From positions 82,894,001-82,958,000 of the forward strand of contig JAGIQG010000008.1 of assembly GCA_024679065.1 (NCBI GenBank): DNA of 64,000 nt, read 5' to 3'. Each line of letters begins with the position of its first letter. The first letter of the stretch is position 1. Positions 36,776 through 49,973 of this stretch are shown here, piece after piece. This DNA is from Sphyrna mokarran (lineage: Eukaryota). The notes under the pieces were generated by a model. That model ran no database searches and was not told where the DNA came from. It saw only the letters and a list, made by a program, of their open reading frames with translations. Made by a program: the position numbers and the translations under genes.

Positions 36776-39031
36776 CGCCATCTCTACGCCATGGATTTAA
36801 TTTCAGAAAGTGAAATGTTCCAATACACTGCATGATTCTATCTTGTAGCTGCTTTATCGAAAATAAACTGTGTTTTCCTCCTCAACACCACTGCTGGTTT
36901 CCACTGGAGATTTTTTAAAGAAACATATTACTTTATTTCAGTGAAATTACAGAAAACTGGAGAGAATTAATGACAGAGCAAATTCTATATGAAACAAATT
37001 GCTTGTTTTTGAGCCGCCCATCCAGAATAATCCTATTCTCACTCAACACATTCTTCATATTATGGAATATAATTGTTGCTTGAACAAAGCTCTGTATTTT
37101 ATGTTGCATACTAATAGAATTGATTTGATCTGTTTAAGAAATGGGTAACCATGGTAGTTCTTATTTAAGCAATGTTAAGTAAGATAATGCACAATTTCTC
37201 ATACTTGTTTGGCATAAATATGATTGTTGTTTCCTAAGTGTTTTATGAAAAGGAAATGCAGGTGAAGGGCATAATAAGTAAAAATCTGAATGTTTAGAGA
37301 AAAATTCCTTTCAAGAAGGCCTATTGATAGTCTCATCAGTTGTATGTCTGTGGGAGCTTGTGGATGCAGCCTTATTAATACAACAGAAGAAACACTATTG
37401 CTCAGGAGAACAAGAACAGATGGTAACAGGATATAAATAATCTGATTATAATTTGTGGTGGTTCAAAAATTATATTTTCTGTTATTTTGTTTTTCTTCAG
37501 TAAGTTCTCACATTCAGAAAATGAAGTGACTCTATTTATGCCTTCTTCACATGCTTTGCAAATCCAATATTCTGCTTAACCTGTCAACTCAGTCAGGGCT
37601 CCATAAATAGAATGCAACATATTATCCTGGATATACAACTGGAAGAAATAAAACAAAATAGTATGCCAGGTTTATTGATAGCACAACGGAAAAACACAAA
37701 ATAAACACATTCATTGAACCAAGGAAAGGTTCCAGCACAGTCTCATACAGGTTCAGGCAGTGGTCAAAATGTAACATCAAATGGTCTCTTCCATGTAAGT
37801 GTTTAATCTCAAATGAAAAATGTTTGATTTATTCTGACAGTCTGTTCCATTGAATACTTTAAAACTTAAACTGAGGGGTCCTGCAGCTATCAATATGAAC
37901 TGCCTGTTCCATGTCGTGGTTTCATTGAAAGCAACAGGCAAAAATCACAAATAGTCTCCTCTTTAAATACTTTCATATCAATAAACCTTCCAATTCTCCA
38001 GAACATAGTCAGTGTTTTGGATTTAGACTTGCCATTTTTTCAAAGCTTCTCCTTGAAACGTTTTAACACTAAGGATTTTTTGCTTAGTTGTTCCTTATCC
38101 TCTCTATGCTATGAGGGGAAATATGCTTTTCAATCATCTTGGTTAAATTATTGAACTGTTGGTGGCGATCCTGTTTATTTTAGAAAGAAACTTCCATTAT
38201 AGCATCTTGAAGTCCTGTCTTGACATTGTGACTCAAAAATAGTGTATTAGCTTGTTCCTGGTGTCTAAGCAGCCTTTAAATTCCTGTTAGTTCCAAAGTA
38301 CATAAGATCTTAAAAGCTGACAACTGCAAAGAACCAGTAAGTATATTGATATCACACTTATAAACATTTAGATTGCAGTTCCGTAATATATTTTCCATTT
38401 AGCTGTTCAGAGATGTTTTGAATAGTATAAGAAAATTACTTTCTAATGGTCTCCTCCCTCGGAACTATTATTAAATAATCATGACATCCCTGAGAACTCA
38501 GCAAGTAAAGTTACCTTCTCCAGTGGGTAAGGCTTTAATGGATACATTCAATCTGTATTTGGATGTTCTTAATAAACTTGTCAAATAAAATCAACCATAT
38601 TCATACCAAGTTTTCATACGGACTATAAAACAAGAGCTAATGTAGAAAATCTTTTCAAGCTACCTTTGTGTATTCACCAAAGTCCAGTAATAGAATGAGA
38701 ATTCCAAAGACTGAAGATTGCACAGATATTTGGCAGCAGATGGAGCATTTTCTAGGGACATCATGAGAGATGACGGGATGAAAATAACAAATACATTAAA
38801 ATATATATTCTTGGAAGGAAGTTACCTAAATACACACAAAATGTTCCGAAAGTGTTTAGCTGTTTAGTAGAATGCTAGAACCTCCATTAAAAATATTTTT
38901 AATGTTTGTCAAACAAACATACCGTGCTATCTGATCACAATGTTCTTGTAGTTGTACTTGTGGTTCTTTTAAAGTGTCATTTGTGTGTAAAGCATATATA
39001 ACTTCTGTTTTTCAAAAGTCAGTTGTGATCC

Positions 39032-39993
39032 TGTTAGGATGATTAATGTTTAAAGAAGAAATCTGGATACCTAGCAATCAGCTGACACAATGGTGCCCCA
39101 ACATTTCAGGGGATCTTTTAAATAAAAACAAACTTTAATATATAAAGACACATTAAACAAAGCAAACACTATGAATTAACACTGAAGTTTATGAAGACTT
39201 ATGCTATAAACACAGTTCTACTTTTTACTCTCTCCCAAGAGGTCCCTAATGCTATGAAAATATTAAGGTTAGTTTACTTTGAGGGATTTATTTACTTCTC
39301 CTTAGTGTTTCAGCTACTCCTCCAATTGTTAAGACTCCACAAGGGTCCATCCATTAGTTTTTGGCTAAACAACCCTCCAGCTTTCCTTCAAAATCTCAAT
39401 TTAAAACATCAGAAAACTCCCCTGGTTTCCAACAGTCTGCTGCTATGGTTTCAAATGGCAACCAGATTACTTCTAGAACTTCAACTGCAACTGCAACAAA
39501 GTAAACTGTCTTTGATTCAGAGGATTACCATAACCAAACAAATCTTCCAATCATTTTTTTGCCCTTAGGGATCTTTGTCTTATACCAAAACTTAAACTCC
39601 AACATGGCAGTCTACATCATGGAGATAAATACAGCATTTTTCTACTTCAGGTTAAGGTCTGGCTTTATCTTTCAAATTCCAAGAAGCTACAATTTACATA
39701 AAACCCAAGCGGTCATGATCTCTCAGCTGCTTTTCCAAACATCAGCCAGTCCCACATGCCAGTTATGTATTAACTAACTACACAAAACAAAAAATTTCAC
39801 TAAGCTCTGCCAATCTCTCACACATGGTCTGCTCCCAGCTAGAAATAAAAATTGACTCTCTCCAAAGTTTTAATTAATTCTGGTAAACGACATGAATAAA
39901 TTAAATCCTTTACTGTATATTGCAGAATCATATCTCTAGTCCGTTAGCTAAGTAAGTTCACTACCATTTTATGATATCTTTCTAAATAATAAC
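39032..39993 (-). mobile_element. Probable solo LTR
   Basis: Begins tgttaggat (compare the ...gatcataaca termini of the other LTR-like segments); ATTAAA signal on the minus strand near 39135; ~1 kb, non-coding. Confidence 0.35.
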
Positions 39994-40489
39994 CTGTTAT
40001 ATCAGCATGACCTGTGAGTGTGGGTTGGAGCACACTGAGCCATGCAAACAAATTCATACACACAGCTGCAGGTTCAGATCCAGCCAATGTATAATTTATG
40101 TATTACAGATATGCAAGGCGTAGGAGTTCAGGGGTCATTCCATCAAAAACACGTTTCTTGTAGAAACCAAAGAAAATGGTTAGTCTTGGCTTTAATGGGA
40201 TCTCAGGCAACACCATCTGTTTTGGGCATATATGGTGTCATTAAAGCTGAACTCAACTGCACTAGCTACCAAGATCAAACATTCAATTGTCATGCACAGT
40301 AAAAGCAGTTCAAATTTATAATTTTTCAAATATGAATTTTACTCAGTGTGGGAGCTTTAGAACCGACTTTTCTTTTAAAGTGGACAATGTATGCTGCAAA
40401 GATGGTCACCAAGGGTCATCTGGCCAGATCTGCGAACTCAAAAATGCCACAAGGAAAAAGCATATATTCCAGACTAAGAGACGTCAACA

Positions 40490-41250
40490 ACCCATATCCT
40501 GAAATCTTTCCTTGAATAAAATGGATCTTTCTAAATCAAAGATGGTGCTTGTCTCAACAGGCCCTTTAGGATGAATGTCTTTAAACAAACAACCCAGGTC
40601 ATAACTAATCAACCTGAAACCGACATTATATTTGGTAAAGGGAACAGTGAGAAGACTAATAGTAGGACTGGTCTCCCTTTTTAATCTTTAAGTGCCGTCA
40701 GCAGAGAGATACAGCAGAAAGCACAGTGATGTCTATGCCTTAGGAATCGGAGAATATGCCATCTAAGGTTTGCAGATCTGTTACTTTTTGAGGCTTATTC
40801 ATGAGATTATAAACAGAAAGTCTGTCTCTTTAAAATGACACCGTAAACCGCTTTAACGCCTGCCTCCAGCTGTCGAACATTTAAACTACACTTTAGGAAT
40901 GAAGACATCTTCTTCAACATGCCTGCAATGTGTCTTTTTCCAGAACAAGCCAATTTCAAATGGCAACTACTTTTTTGCTTATGATCTGGAAAAGTGCACT
41001 ATTTTTTTCAACTGTACTTTCTTTGTGTTTGTGTGTGTAACTGCGTGAGCAAATACTGCGGCGTTAGATTTTCAGCGTGATAGATTAAAAAAGCAATCTT
41101 TATTTAAAATAACAAAATGCTTGCTCCTGTTCATTCAAATTGCCCACTTACTCAGGGTCTAAAAAACACATACAACTTCTGTTCAAAAACTTACAGACCC
41201 TTGGGAAGGGAAGAGGGATTTTATCGACTTTCTTTTACTCTGTCATAACA
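40490..41250 (+). mobile_element. Probable solo LTR
   Basis: TG-rich tract, ATTAAA, and terminus ...ctgtcataACA; 5' boundary uncertain. Confidence 0.4.
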
Positions 41251-42834
41251 GACTTTGGGGCTGCATCTGATAAATATCCTCGAAGTAAATGGGAAGAGAA
41301 AGGCTGAGTTGCCTGAAAAATAAACTTTATGTTTTTGCTAATTCTTCTATAATACTGCTGGGGCTTTTGTGTAGTTAAACTCTGAAAGAGAGTTATAAAA
41401 CTAACCCAACAAATTTCTTCCCATTCTCCTTTGAAGGCCAGGCATACTAGTCTTTGAGCTGCATTCAATGTTGAATATTTTAAATAGTGGGAAACATACT
41501 TTTCTTACTTTATTTACATGTGCTGTCTGTTAATTTTAAATGTATGTATATGATAAGGAGATGTGTCTTTTACCTTCAACAAGTTTATTCTGCCTCCGAT
41601 TCGGCAGAATATCAACTATTCCAGCTGTGTCCCTATTTGGAGATTGAACCAAAAATCATTTCCTGTCTTTAATAAGGCAACTATCTTAGCAATATCATTG
41701 TCACAGCATTGCCACATATTGACACTATGGAGCTTCTGAGCCAGTCATGTGCTTGCTTTATCTAGGGTTATCTTCAACACAACCAAATCACACTGATGAA
41801 TCAAATTGGCCCAGTGTATTTTAGCAGACAAACGGGATTATTTAATCCAAAAGAACACCAGATGACCCAGAAGAAATTGGTCCTTGGTTGTGCAGATGTC
41901 AAGTCATTTATACTCATAAATGCCCAGTATGATGAGATTGTCGGGTTTGTTTGTACATGTTTCTGCAAGATTACGGTTTCAGAAAGTGGTATATAGTATT
42001 ATCACCCATAGCTTCATCTGTTAAAAGAGCATTGTAATTGATATATCACAATCTTCTTTATTTAAAATAACAAAATGCTTGCTCCTGTTTATTCAAGTTG
42101 CCCACTCACTCAGGGTCTATTCCTTTATGTTTTGCATATAAACCATTGATGCTTTTACAACAAAAAGATGCATCTTTTGCATTATGAAAGTGCAATTATA
42201 TTGATCACTTGCAAGGCAATAGACATGCTTTCCTTGCAGGATGATAAATAGATACTGGCAAAACCTTTCTTGGTGGTAGTTGATACACTGGTCTGTCAGA
42301 CAGTTTTACTTGGCTGTTTATCTAAACCCTATACAAGGAGGATTGGGAAGCTGGAATTGACAGTTAAAAGATGTTCCTTGTTCAACCTTGCCTCTAATAA
42401 GTTTGTGGTCTACTTCGCAATTTGTAGTGTTTAGATTTCTGGCTCAAGTATCTCTAGTTATTTCTGTAAATGGTTCAGGACTCAACACATCGTTGGTTCA
42501 TATCTAAAGTACTATTAACAATGCCAAGTGGAAGATCCAAGTCATTGTGCCTGTAAAAGAAAATTGAGAGAATCAAAAGCACCTGAAATCTCTCTTTAAA
42601 AATATTGTCAAGATGTAAGATTGTGCTTGGTAAGTTGATGTTCTCGGTTTCATCAGTATCAATAGAATACCATTTTACTGGTAAAGAATCAGATAGATCA
42701 AGATCACTGATGATCACTGCTGAACAGAGCATGGCACTCTTCCAAAAAGTTTCCAAAAAAAATTCCTTCTTCTCTCAATTATAATTTTCCTTCTCTGTTC
42801 TCTTCTCAAGCCTTTCCTTTTTGTTTAGCTACAA

Positions 42835-43030
42835 CTGCACAGGCAGCAGTCATCACTGGTAGCTCACCCAAGTAACCTCTGTACTCATATATGTATACAT
42901 GTTATGGCTATAATTATTGAGAATTTATTCAGCCAAATGCAAATCTCTGGGCACAAACCCATTCTTACAACAGCCATACGTGCATCTTGCAATCCCAGGA
43001 AGGGTTTATACTAAAGATCAGGAGGGGTGT
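42835..43030 (-). mobile_element. LF-SINE-like fragment
   Basis: cacaggcagc...ggtagctcacccaagta...gatcaggagg resembles 22920-23100. Confidence 0.4.
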
Positions 43031-43125
43031 GTTTTATATTAAAAATCAGGTTGCAATGAAAACTCTGGTCAGCTTTGTAGCTCTTCAATAAAGAGATGCT
43101 AAAGCAAACTTAAACATTTCATCAG

Positions 43126-44005
43126 CATTATGACCATCAGTTAACTTAGCACAGATTGCGCCTGGGATCTCAAGACTTTATATGACTCCTCACTAGTTAA
43201 GCTCAGACCCATTTGAAAGCAATTTTCAAAGGTTATGAAAAAAACAGATGTTATGATGGATTCTGTGACTTCAAAGTGTGTACTCTTTAGGACAGAGCCT
43301 AATTGAAAGCAAAAAGGAAAAACGAAAAGGGAAACCAAGAAATTGTCCTTCTCAGTTTTTAATGAAAATAAGACTGGAACATAGGTTGAAAACCAAAACT
43401 TCTGGAGAAATGGAAGCTGGTTGAAAAAGACATCAGAACTCAGCTGATGAGGATGATCCCAGTAGTGCAGTCCAAGCAAGTTTATGAAAACAGAGGCTAG
43501 ATCCAGAACCAAGAACAGTCAAATTATAAATTTTTGAAGCTGTTTCTGTAACGTGAATATAACACTTGTGGATCTACAGCATCCAATGGCTGTAAGCAGA
43601 GTTGAAGAAGTTCTGTGCACATTTGCCATGTTCAGTGAATACTTGTGGAATTCAGGTTCACTGTGCATTGCTATCAGCTGGAGATCAGGCTAAGTTCTGG
43701 AAGAGGAGGAGCTGAAATTCTTTAAGTTGAAGACAAAGCTGTGAAGGACTTCGTGACTGAGACAGAAAATATTAATGCTCAGTTGGCTGCCAAGCCAATT
43801 TGTAAGATTTGTGTTACAAATTGTATCTGCAATTAACAGATTTTAAGAGTACACCTTGTTATCTAAGTACTTTGTTTGACTTTTTCAAACTTATTTTATT
43901 TCAAACCATGGGATCGGTGTGACTTTAATCGTTTAGAAACTAACTGGGATTTCAGATTTCCCCTACTTAAAAAGAAAGTTACTTGTGCCAACCAAGATCA
44001 TAACA
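43126..44005 (+). mobile_element. Probable solo LTR
   Basis: Starts (ca)ttatgacc and ends ...gatcataACA, i.e. short terminal inverted complementarity; ~880 bp. Confidence 0.4.
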
Positions 44006-46589
44006 ATATGTAATTTTGAATAGTTTCCCAGCATCCAAAACAGAGGCTATAAAACAATGTTTTTCAACAAGCTGTGATGGGTAATCCAACTTCTGGGTAA
44101 ACCATCCAAAGTCCATCAAAAAGATTTTTAAAAATTACTGACAATTTCAATGTGTGCTGTTTCTAAAGTCCAAGAATTTATCAAGTGAAGGGGACACTCA
44201 GGCAACATAAAAATACATCCATGCATTAAAAGCAACAAGATGCATAAATCAGACAGCCATAAAAAGTGAAGGGTAGGTTTTTTTTCAGGTGGACAACACA
44301 TCAAATAAAGTATATCTAAAAGATTGACTGGTCTTGCTGCTCCATTTATCATTGACATTGTTATGTATTACTGGCATTTTTAGTTTTAATCACATAAACT
44401 TGCATTCATCTGCAGAGAAATACAGCCATTTTTGAGAGCCTTAGATAAATGGCTCTATATGAGGGTGCATACTCCACATCAAGGAAAGTTGGGTAACAAA
44501 ATCCAGCATAATTCCATTCCAGATCCCTTTAATAGTGAACTCATAATTGAGGCCTGAATCTCTCTAGCAATCAATGAATGGCTATGGGTAATATCCTCAC
44601 AACAGGAGCTTATCATGACCCCAGACACTGAAAAATAGCTCACAATGGTGTTTTCTGAACCAGAACATGTCATTTCTTGGAATCTATTGCAGGATAAAAC
44701 AGTTTGGGATATATGCAACTCAAAGAATGTGAGAAAAACAGCTGAAGTGACCAAGCGTAGAAGTATCAATAAATCTGTCCACAATTCAATTTCAAAGTTA
44801 ATCAGGGTGCACCTGTCATTGAAATGGGAGGCTTGTGTATCAGTCTTTTATGAGGGAGACATTCATTACCTTGTCAATAAAAGGGGTACAGATTGGGAAC
44901 ATTAAAAATGATAAGTGCTGCCGAGTGAATTCACAATAACTGGGTTGTCCAAGAATTTATTACTAATAAAAGATAGAATATTTGAAAATCACAGGCATAC
45001 TACAACAAAAACATCTATTTTCCCCTCCAGAAGTTAATTTTATGAAGAGTGGAGGTTGGAAAGCCAGCCAGAAGAATTTTGGAGCAATAAGTCCAAAAGC
45101 TTCAATCTGTTGTTCAGCTACAAATGGGTTGAGCAATAGACAAAGACAAGGATTGTTACAAAATGGAAGTAGTTGCTCTTTGTGATGAACCAGAAGTTTA
45201 GCTTGTAATCTAACAGAATGTCCACAGTTTCAAACTTGTTTGGTTCAGTCAGAGGCAGTGACCAAGAGTTAAGGGCAAGAGTATAGAATATGTGTTTGGT
45301 TGGGTTGAATATCAGACATTGAATTCAGCCTTTGCAATATTTAGCTGGAGATCGGAGATGTAAAACATTTTGTTTGTGTTGTGCAAAGTAACAATTTGCA
45401 TCAACTTGGATCATGTCCATCACTCAGAATTTCTCAGAGTAAAGCTACTACTTAGTTTATTTTCTCAGTTTCTCACTTCCTGAAATATGCAGTATCAAGG
45501 AAATTCCAAACTTATGAATGGCGAGAGTTAGGCTAGAAAGATGCAAATACATTGAACACACCACTATTTCATATGAATCACTGAGCTGGGACAGTGTACC
45601 TCAGGGCATGAATCTTTAAATATCTATGCAACAGTTTCCATGCAGGAGTCAGAATGACAACAAATGAGGCCAGGTTCAGCTTTTGATGCCCTTCGTACTT
45701 GAATAGACTGCCAATATATTGTCCAAGTCGACTTGCATCAGAGTTGTTTGTATTGGGTCTTTAAGAGCATTAGAAACATATAATTGGTTTAGCAAAAATT
45801 TACAATTTTTAAAACTTGGTTTTCTAGTTTTGCAGCATTACTGTGTCAATACAAAACTCAAATATAATTTACTCATTAGGAAATCGTTCCAAGGGGAATT
45901 TCTTTCTGTATTCAACCCCCTCCTTCATTCATTTATCACTGTTAAAACACATGCTGCACTTGCAAGCTTCTAGCTGTATTTTCTATTTAAAAGATTTGAC
46001 ACATATCTTCTCATAACCTCATGTCTGCTTATTCTAAAAATACATGAAAGTCATCAATTCTCCTCCTCCACATTCTCCCCTTTGGCATCTTACCTGATAT
46101 CTATTATTTCCGAGTACAATATAATCAGACATTGGGCACTACATTTACTACGAAGAGACATCTCTGACCTTGGTGAGAGATAATCAAGGCCTTGCCATGA
46201 TAATTCTCTGTTAACATGTCAAAGGTGAATTACTGCTGGAGAGAGAGTGAAAATGGATCAGAAGTAAATCTACCTAATTTCATAGAGATTTCTCCTTCTA
46301 GATTTTGACCTCCATGATATGCTGATTTGGCTCCCAACTGGAGCAGTAGTTATATATTATGCTGGCCTTCAAAGAGAGGAGGTGGAAAAACAGTCAACCA
46401 AAGGTCCTATTCCTGTTGCTATTTAGTTGTTAAATGTAGATATGAGCAAGAACAGGAACCACTCAATTTTAAAAATCTTCAAATTCAACAAGAATTACTG
46501 TACTTGTTGAACTACTGTATATGTTAATATGGAATAGTGACTTGAATGAAGTAGTGCCTAGCACTTGTGAAACTGAACCCTTGCAAAGA

Positions 46590-47210
46590 TTTTTTTCAGA
46601 AGCGGAGAAACAATTTAAAGATTGTTTAAAAAAAGGAGCCTTTTATTTAATTTAATAAATCTTGTATTTAAGTCAGAGTTCAAAGATATTGTATTGATCT
46701 CAGGATTCCTGGACTTGCTGGCTTCCTTATGCCCTTCTCCTCTTTCAGAGTGTCAGGTTCTTACTTTCCCTTTTAAAATGCACAATGTGTTGTTCAATAT
46801 GGTGAGAAAAGCCAGCTGCAGAGTCTGTGAGCTTCATACCACTTTTTTTGCCTGAGCCAACAACATTGTGCATTTTCGTAAAGATTCCATCCTCAGTAAA
46901 TGAATGTTGCATCTCTAAGTTCATTCATGCTAGTAAGAATAATTATTTACCTGATCAGCATCTCATCAAGTCATATTCTTTGAATTTCTAATACTTACTA
47001 CCAAACAGGTGGCTTCTCTCCCCCTCTATTTTACCAATAGTACTTCCCTGGACTCTCCTCTCTTTTCATTCCAAAGCTTAGAACAATTCCAGTCTTTTCC
47101 TTTTTGCATCCTTAATGATTCATTAATGTCTTTCTGGAAAGAGAACCACCCAAATCTGTATGGTTTATTCTACATGCAACTCCAGTCCTGTATCATGTGA
47201 TCAACTCATA
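46590..47210 (-). mobile_element. Very old CR1 3' remnants
   Basis: ttccaaagattccatcctc-like segment, tctcttttcattccaaag, aaagagaaccacccaaatctgt. Confidence 0.4.
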
Positions 47211-49610
47211 ATACTCTTGAAAATGTAGCTTAGCAAGCTAATAAAAACTATGAATACATGTAGCTTTGTTTATGTCTTCCAAATTCCAAGAACAATTTTG
47301 AAAAATCATTCAGATTTATGCTGTTGCTTGAACAGAAATCTGAGATTGGAGTGTACTCAGAAGGCCCCAGCATTTTCAGATTATTTGCTTTGGGACATTC
47401 CTAAAGCAATAGTCTTTAATGTTCCCAACCAAGACCAATCATCTTGGTTTTCTTTTCAGGTGAGTACTGAGATTATATCTGAACTATAATACACAGCTAT
47501 TTTGAAAGGAACCTGCTTTGTTTTTTCCTATGAGACTAAATGGAAGGGACATTATTTGGATTGTGTTGTATGTATGTACTCCAAAAACTACCTAATTATC
47601 CAATCTTCACTCCATCCAGGTGATTTTGAGCACCTGAATGTCAATCCAGGAAACCTACCTTTATGGTGTGTGTTAATACATAGTTATAGTGGATGGAGAA
47701 ATTTGCTACAGTCATTTTACAACACTTCTCATTTTATAAAGATTTTAAGTCAATCAGCTACAAGAATTTGAATTTGTCTTCATAAAGATGAGATAATGTG
47801 TGCGACAAACAGGATATTGCATATCTTAAGTATGACAGACAAGAAATGTATGTATGTATCTGAACACTTTTTTTAAAAAAATATGAGTCAAAATTTTGGA
47901 CCAATATATCAAGCATCTTAACGTTTCCTCTCATGACCTCAACTTGACATTCTGTAAATTATATTTGTTTAGCAATTGTTTGTCATAATTCAACTTTGCT
48001 AAAATCAAGCATCCAGTATCAACCATAACTAAGTAAAGTCGTGCCCTAAGAAACTGTGGATCCTCAGTGCAGGAAGAACATAGAAAACTGCAGATTCATG
48101 TACTAGGCCATGAGTACAATGGAACAGGCACAGAGAAAGTGACCAGTCAGTCAGCGATTAAATGAGACAATGATTTTCCAAATAGATTTTACAAAAACAT
48201 TTTTTCTTGAAAAAGAATTTGCTATTTTTGGTTTAGGAGGTGCAGAAAACCACAATTGTTTTGAGCTTAATGAGACTGTGCGGAGATATATCGTTAATTT
48301 AGTTTATTACGTGTTTACAAAACCCAGGACAATTGCTGTATTCCAAGCAACAACATAACAGTAAATGGCTGGTTGAGACGAACTTAGTCTTTGCCAGCTC
48401 ACCAGATGCTAACTTAACAGTTCAAGAGCATTCCATTGTGGAAATGCATACATACCTCTTTCCTTGTATTACTGATGAACAAAGTCTGATTATAGAGTTA
48501 TTACCAGTGTTGCATCAAATATGTGTTTCCCTTTCAACTTCTGAAAAGGTAAAGAGCATTCAAAGTAATTTTTATTCTTTAGGTAGTTAATGGGCATATA
48601 TGCTCATGCTCATCATCCAATTGGATTGTTCCAACATGCTGCATACAATAGCAGATGGAGGAATAGAAGAATCACACGTGATTCACATTGACTTTTCTAA
48701 GACCTCATGTACACTGGATACTTTTGTTTATACTGGCACGCATTCAAATTACAGCAAAGGCACATTTGACACAACACTAGTCAATGCACTTGCTTGAAAA
48801 CACTGGGTGGTTTTCTTCAGCTAAACAAAAGATGGTTTAATTTTATTTGTTTTGTTTTTAAAAGATGAAGGATAACTTCAGGATTTGCAAATCTCTGCTT
48901 CAAATATCAAACATTTGTGTTTCAGAGGATAACCAAGCACCAAGGATGGGAAATTCTAATGGTACAAGATCCAGGGTCATGTACATAACTTTGAGTCAGA
49001 GTACAATGTCGTAAATTGAAAAGATCAGAATCACCATCTTCTCTGGGAACACTGGAATGTGACCACTGCTGGCTAGGCCAGCACATTTCACTCTCTAATT
49101 GCCCTTGAGCAGTAGTGATGAGTCAGTTGTATTCCAATGCACTTCATATTTTCTACTGCTAGAATGATAGCAATGCTCAGTAATAGTCATGGGCAGTAAG
49201 AGCTCTGCAACAACAGTAATGTGTAAATTATTTCTCTTTGAATCCAATTGACATTGACAAGTTCTGAACCTGTACATTACACCCTGGACCTGAAGTTAGA
49301 AGTTCTCCATCATTGGTAGGGATAAGTTAGGATTGCAGTATGATCCTCAGATACAGACTTGGTAATTTGTCCAGGAGATCCTGTAATTCAGAACATAAAC
49401 CCTATTCAATTTACAGTTTCTTTCCCTGCAGAATCTCATTGTTCAAAAATGTTGCTGTGGATAAAGTCAGCAAAACATAATTAAGAAATGAAAGCATTCT
49501 CACACCTCTTAATCGGTGCAGTCCAAATAAAAGTATAAACAGTTTTATAATGGGGGATATGGAAAATACTCTTGTTTTTGAGGTGGAAAGGAAAAAGAAG
49601 AGAGACTTAC

Positions 49611-49973
49611 AGGAAAGACTTCATATCTAACCCTCGATTACGGAGCTGTCCCATCACGTAATCCCAGCTCCCAGGATTGGAGCGACTACGGCCTCCAGCT
49701 GTACGATTGCGTGAGCCCGCCATACCACTTGGCCTGTGCTGGGCTCTGTAGGGAGACCTGCTGCCGGAAGTTGTCTGCTGTTGGAATTGAAGCTGCCCAA
49801 GGCTCTGGCTGGTGGTGGGTTGGCTCTGGGCAGGTCTATGGTGCTGCAGCGGCTGCTGCAGGCTCTGCTGCCTCTGCAGCGTCCGAGGTCGCGGACATTT
49901 CGACTGTTGGTCACCTGGTGGCGTAGATATGTGCTCTAACGTGGACGCTGCTGATAAGGTCGGCTCATCCAAG
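49611..49973 (-). CDS. SYT7: Synaptotagmin-7 internal linker-region exon (363 nt, phase 2-2)
   Basis: Peptide LDEPTLSAASTLE...KCPRPRTLQRQQSLQQPL...SQPTTSQSLGQLQ...AGGRSRSNPGSWDYVMGQLRNRGLDMKSFL matches my recollection of the SYT7 long-isoform linker (PRTLMRQQSLQQPL, GGRSRSNPGSWDHVVGQIRNRGLDMKSFL). A long polypyrimidine tract and ctgttAG acceptor (AG at 49975-49974) precede it; the donor is CT|GTAAGT (GT at 49610-49609). The exon is locally GC/CpG-rich. Confidence 0.93.

Larger units (their letters stand above)
21972..49610 (-). other. SYT7: SYT7 intron (~27.6 kb) between the two linker exons
   Basis: Bounded by a GTAAGT donor and a TTCAG acceptor with matching phase; filled with TE relics. 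Confidence 0.85.

Noticed and set aside
49607-49610. In-frame TAA right after the exon, suggesting a terminal exon
   Set aside because: An automatic consequence of a phase-2 GTAAGT donor; no nearby poly(A) signal was seen on the minus strand.
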